DNA of 64,000 nt from Eutreptiella sp. 'Long Island Sound 2002' (lineage: Eukaryota; Protista; Euglenida). Location: NCBI GenBank assembly GCA_964036045.1, contig OZ038378.1, positions 165,292,001 through 165,356,000 of the forward strand, written 5' to 3'. Of this stretch, positions 61,815 through 64,000 are shown piece after piece. The notes under the pieces were generated by a model that worked only from the letters and a program-made list of their open reading frames with translations, had not been told where the DNA came from and searched no databases. Position numbers and translations under genes: made by a program. The stretch's first letter is position 1. Every line of letters starts with the position of its first letter.

Positions 61815-64000
61815 AATCGTAATCGTAATCGTCATCGCGGGGGGGGGGGGGGGGGCTGGGGGGGGGGGACCACCCCCCCCCACTATATCCACCCCTGCCC
61901 CGTACCCCGCGGTGGCACACGCGGGAGGGAGATGCCGCCGTACCTGTGTGTATGGGGCGCGCGCGCTACCGGTGGGTGTGGGGCGTGGACTGGCTGGGCT
62001 GCGAGGCACGCCGGGCCACACGGCAGTGCCGCGCCTGGCCCGGCCCCGGACCTGTCAGTCACGCGGGGGGGGGGGGGGGGGGGTTCCCTGGGCTGGGCTC
62101 AACCCCTTGCACTGGGCCCTGGGGGGGGGGTCTGGCTTACCTCTGCCTGCCCTACACTGGCACAACACGGGGACGTCACGGAGTTTCGGCGGCTTGTCAC
62201 TGAGTCGCGGCGGCGGGCGCGAGGGCCCACCGATGGGACACACCTGCTGTGGTGTACACCCACAGCGTGCCACAGGCATACGGAGTCATGAGCTGGGGCA
62301 GCGCCAGGGTGCTGTCTCCTGGGGGCACAGCCGTGAGCAAGGCTACGCCAGCCCACAGGGGAGGTACACCAGCCTGGGCAAGCAGGGCAAGGGCCCAATA
62401 TAAAGCCGCCGGCGGCGCGACGATGACGAGCACTGGGGCTCCATGGTGCCACTGGGGCTCTACAGGCAGGGATATATTCAGCTGTGCAGCACAGCGCACT
62501 TGCCAGGACGGCAGACCCCGCACCAGGTAAGCCGTGACCAGGGAGTAGTCCCACGGTAGGTAGCTCTGGTGATCCAGCACGGAGACCGTGGGAGGTTGCG
62601 GCGGGGGCTGGTCCGGCGTGCGGTGAGGATACGGGAGTGAGGCCCAGAGGGCTAGGAGGTCAGAGGGGGTCAGGACAGGCTGGGCCAGGGCACTTACTAC
62701 GTCCTTCGTTATGCGGCGCCGAGTGGCCGCGGTGAGGAAGGCCTCACCCCCATCGGGGGAAGCGTACCATAGGCCGGAGAGAGTGAGGACGTCTCCCATG
62801 CCGGTGTCCTCCGACGTGAAGTGTGAGTCCCATGTACAGCTCAGTACCGGCCGCCCTCGACCGTCGAGTAGGTGTCCGTCCCCCGTGACGGTGGCGGCAG
62901 GAGTGGGGGTCGTGGCGTGGAGGAGGAGGGCTTGGGCACGGCGCAGATGGAGGAAGGCCGCGGGGCACCGGCTGCGGACGTGGCGCCAGAGTTGGTGCTC
63001 GGCGGCGCCGCAGAAGTGGCACTCCATGGGGATGTTTGGCTCCGGGGGCGGTTGCCATTCGAGCACCCGGTATGCAAGGGCGCGCTTGATGGCACGGGTT
63101 GGAATGTTGTCCGCTTCCAGCAATTCGTGGAAAATCGTGCCATCGGGGCGAAGGAGATGAGCTCGACGGCCGGAGAAGTAGGCGGAGGTGGTGGTGGCGG
63201 CGTAGGCCGCGTCTAGACCCAATTGCGGCTCCACGAGCATGCTGCCGCGGTAGTGCAGAACGAGGGGGTCAGGGAGGAGGTGGGGCAGGGGCACTGCCCA
63301 GGGGGTGGGGGCAGCGGCCCCGCGGGCTGCTAACTGATGGGATTCCCGGTTGAGGATCGCCAGGAGGTGAGTGGCGTGGCTGTCATGCTGTGCTGGGACC
63401 CACAGCTCAGTATGGGAGCGGAGACGGAGGAGGGTGGAGGAGAGGCGGCGCCACAGTAGTTCAAGGACAGTGAGTTTTGGGGGGAAGCGCGTGTGGGCAC
63501 GTAGCAGGGCTGAGGTGCTGTCCAGGGCGGTAGTCAAGTGGCCCGACCACCCATCGAGAAGGTACAGACCAACCAGGTGGGCCAGCCACTCCGCGCCCGC
63601 GGGGGTGACCCACATGCGGATGCCGTACCAAGCGCGGAGGATCACACCTTGGTCGGGGGCGTAGAAGACGATGCCGCCGCCGCCGTCGCAGCGGCGGAGT
63701 GAGGCGTCGGTGGAGAGCACCAGGCTGGGACACCTGTGCAGTACTGATGGGTCCGCATCAGTGTGGATTGGCATGGCGCTGATGGCTGGGTCGGGGAAGA
63801 GGGATACCTCAACTGATAGTTGCTGGGCTGCAGCACGGAGGGGGCGTGCGTCACTGCCAGGGAGGTCGTTCTCTGCCAGATACCGCGCGGAGCGGTGCGC
63901 AAGCAGGGACCTGGAGCAGGTGGCCTGGGTGTACGTTACGAGCAGATGGCACGCCGAGCGGAGGGGGGGGTGGGGGCAGCCGGGGCCGCCACTGCTGGGG
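61815..64000 (-). mobile_element. Non-LTR retrotransposon, 3' portion (RNase H-bearing, ingi/I-group-like), truncated by the window edge
   Basis: Long ORF, about 360-bp 3' UTR, then a GATGACGATTACGATTACGATT tail at 61836-61815. Confidence 0.85.
62197..63999 (-). CDS. Non-LTR polyprotein C-terminal part: post-RT region, RNase H, Cys/His knuckle
   Basis: I translated the frame as open from 63999 (GGPGCPHPPLRS...). RNase H motifs STDAS / AE / LDS / WVPAQH / NRESHQLA, then CHFCGAAEHQLWRHVRSRCP. TGA ends at 62197. Confidence 0.85.
   Translation of the reverse strand, partial: PSSGGPGCPHPPLRSACHLLVTYTQATCSRSLLAHRSARYLAENDLPGSDARPLRAAAQQLSVEVSLFPDPAISAMPIHTDADPSVLHRCPSLVLSTDASLRRCDGGGGIVFYAPDQGVILRAWYGIRMWVTPAGAEWLAHLVGLYLLDGWSGHLTTALDSTSALLRAHTRFPPKLTVLELLWRRLSSTLLRLRSHTELWVPAQHDSHATHLLAILNRESHQLAARGAAAPTPWAVPLPHLLPDPLVLHYRGSMLVEPQLGLDAAYAATTTSAYFSGRRAHLLRPDGTIFHELLEADNIPTRAIKRALAYRVLEWQPPPEPNIPMECHFCGAAEHQLWRHVRSRCPAAFLHLRRAQALLLHATTPTPAATVTGDGHLLDGRGRPVLSCTWDSHFTSEDTGMGDVLTLSGLWYASPDGGEAFLTAATRRRITKDVVSALAQPVLTPSDLLALWASLPYPHRTPDQPPPQPPTVSVLDHQSYLPWDYSLVTAYLVRGLPSWQVRCAAQLNISLPVEPQWHHGAPVLVIVAPPAALYWALALLAQAGVPPLWAGVALLTAVPPGDSTLALPQLMTPYACGTLWVYTTAGVSHRWALAPAAATQ

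Overview
This is repeat-rich eukaryotic nuclear DNA, not prokaryotic. GC3-rich exons with GT-AG introns are scattered among MITEs, satellites, tRNA-derived SINE-like heads and decayed retroelements. The gene families and repeat style suggest a protist, possibly a euglenid (inference only). The host genes I can support are: (1) a minus-strand surface protein with a Thr/Pro/Ser mucin exon (7994-9171), a PAN/apple-like exon (about 6305-6540) and a further exon (2340-2662); (2) a plus-strand multi-TM histidine kinase with three phase-0 exons (53639-54379, 55831-56145, 59732-60094) whose remaining exons I could not locate; (3) isolated plus-strand terminal exons at 24253, 40373 and 45281. The stand-out feature is a 3.02-kb element (25814-28833) with perfect 36-bp terminal inverted repeats, inserted into a 38-bp minisatellite. 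It has no recognisable transposase. It carries one intact, intronless 709-aa ORF with a 2OG-Fe(II) dioxygenase motif set (HxD...H...R) and a C7H zinc-finger-like cluster. The ORF is bracketed by two same-orientation arrays of TTATCGCG, each followed by a polypyrimidine-AG site. Other well-supported nested insertions are a 1.44-kb tailed retro-insertion in a 20-bp satellite, an 8-bp-TSD MITE whose empty site is in the same window, and an RNase H-encoding non-LTR retrotransposon at the right edge. All domain calls are by-eye motif recognition; no database searches were run.
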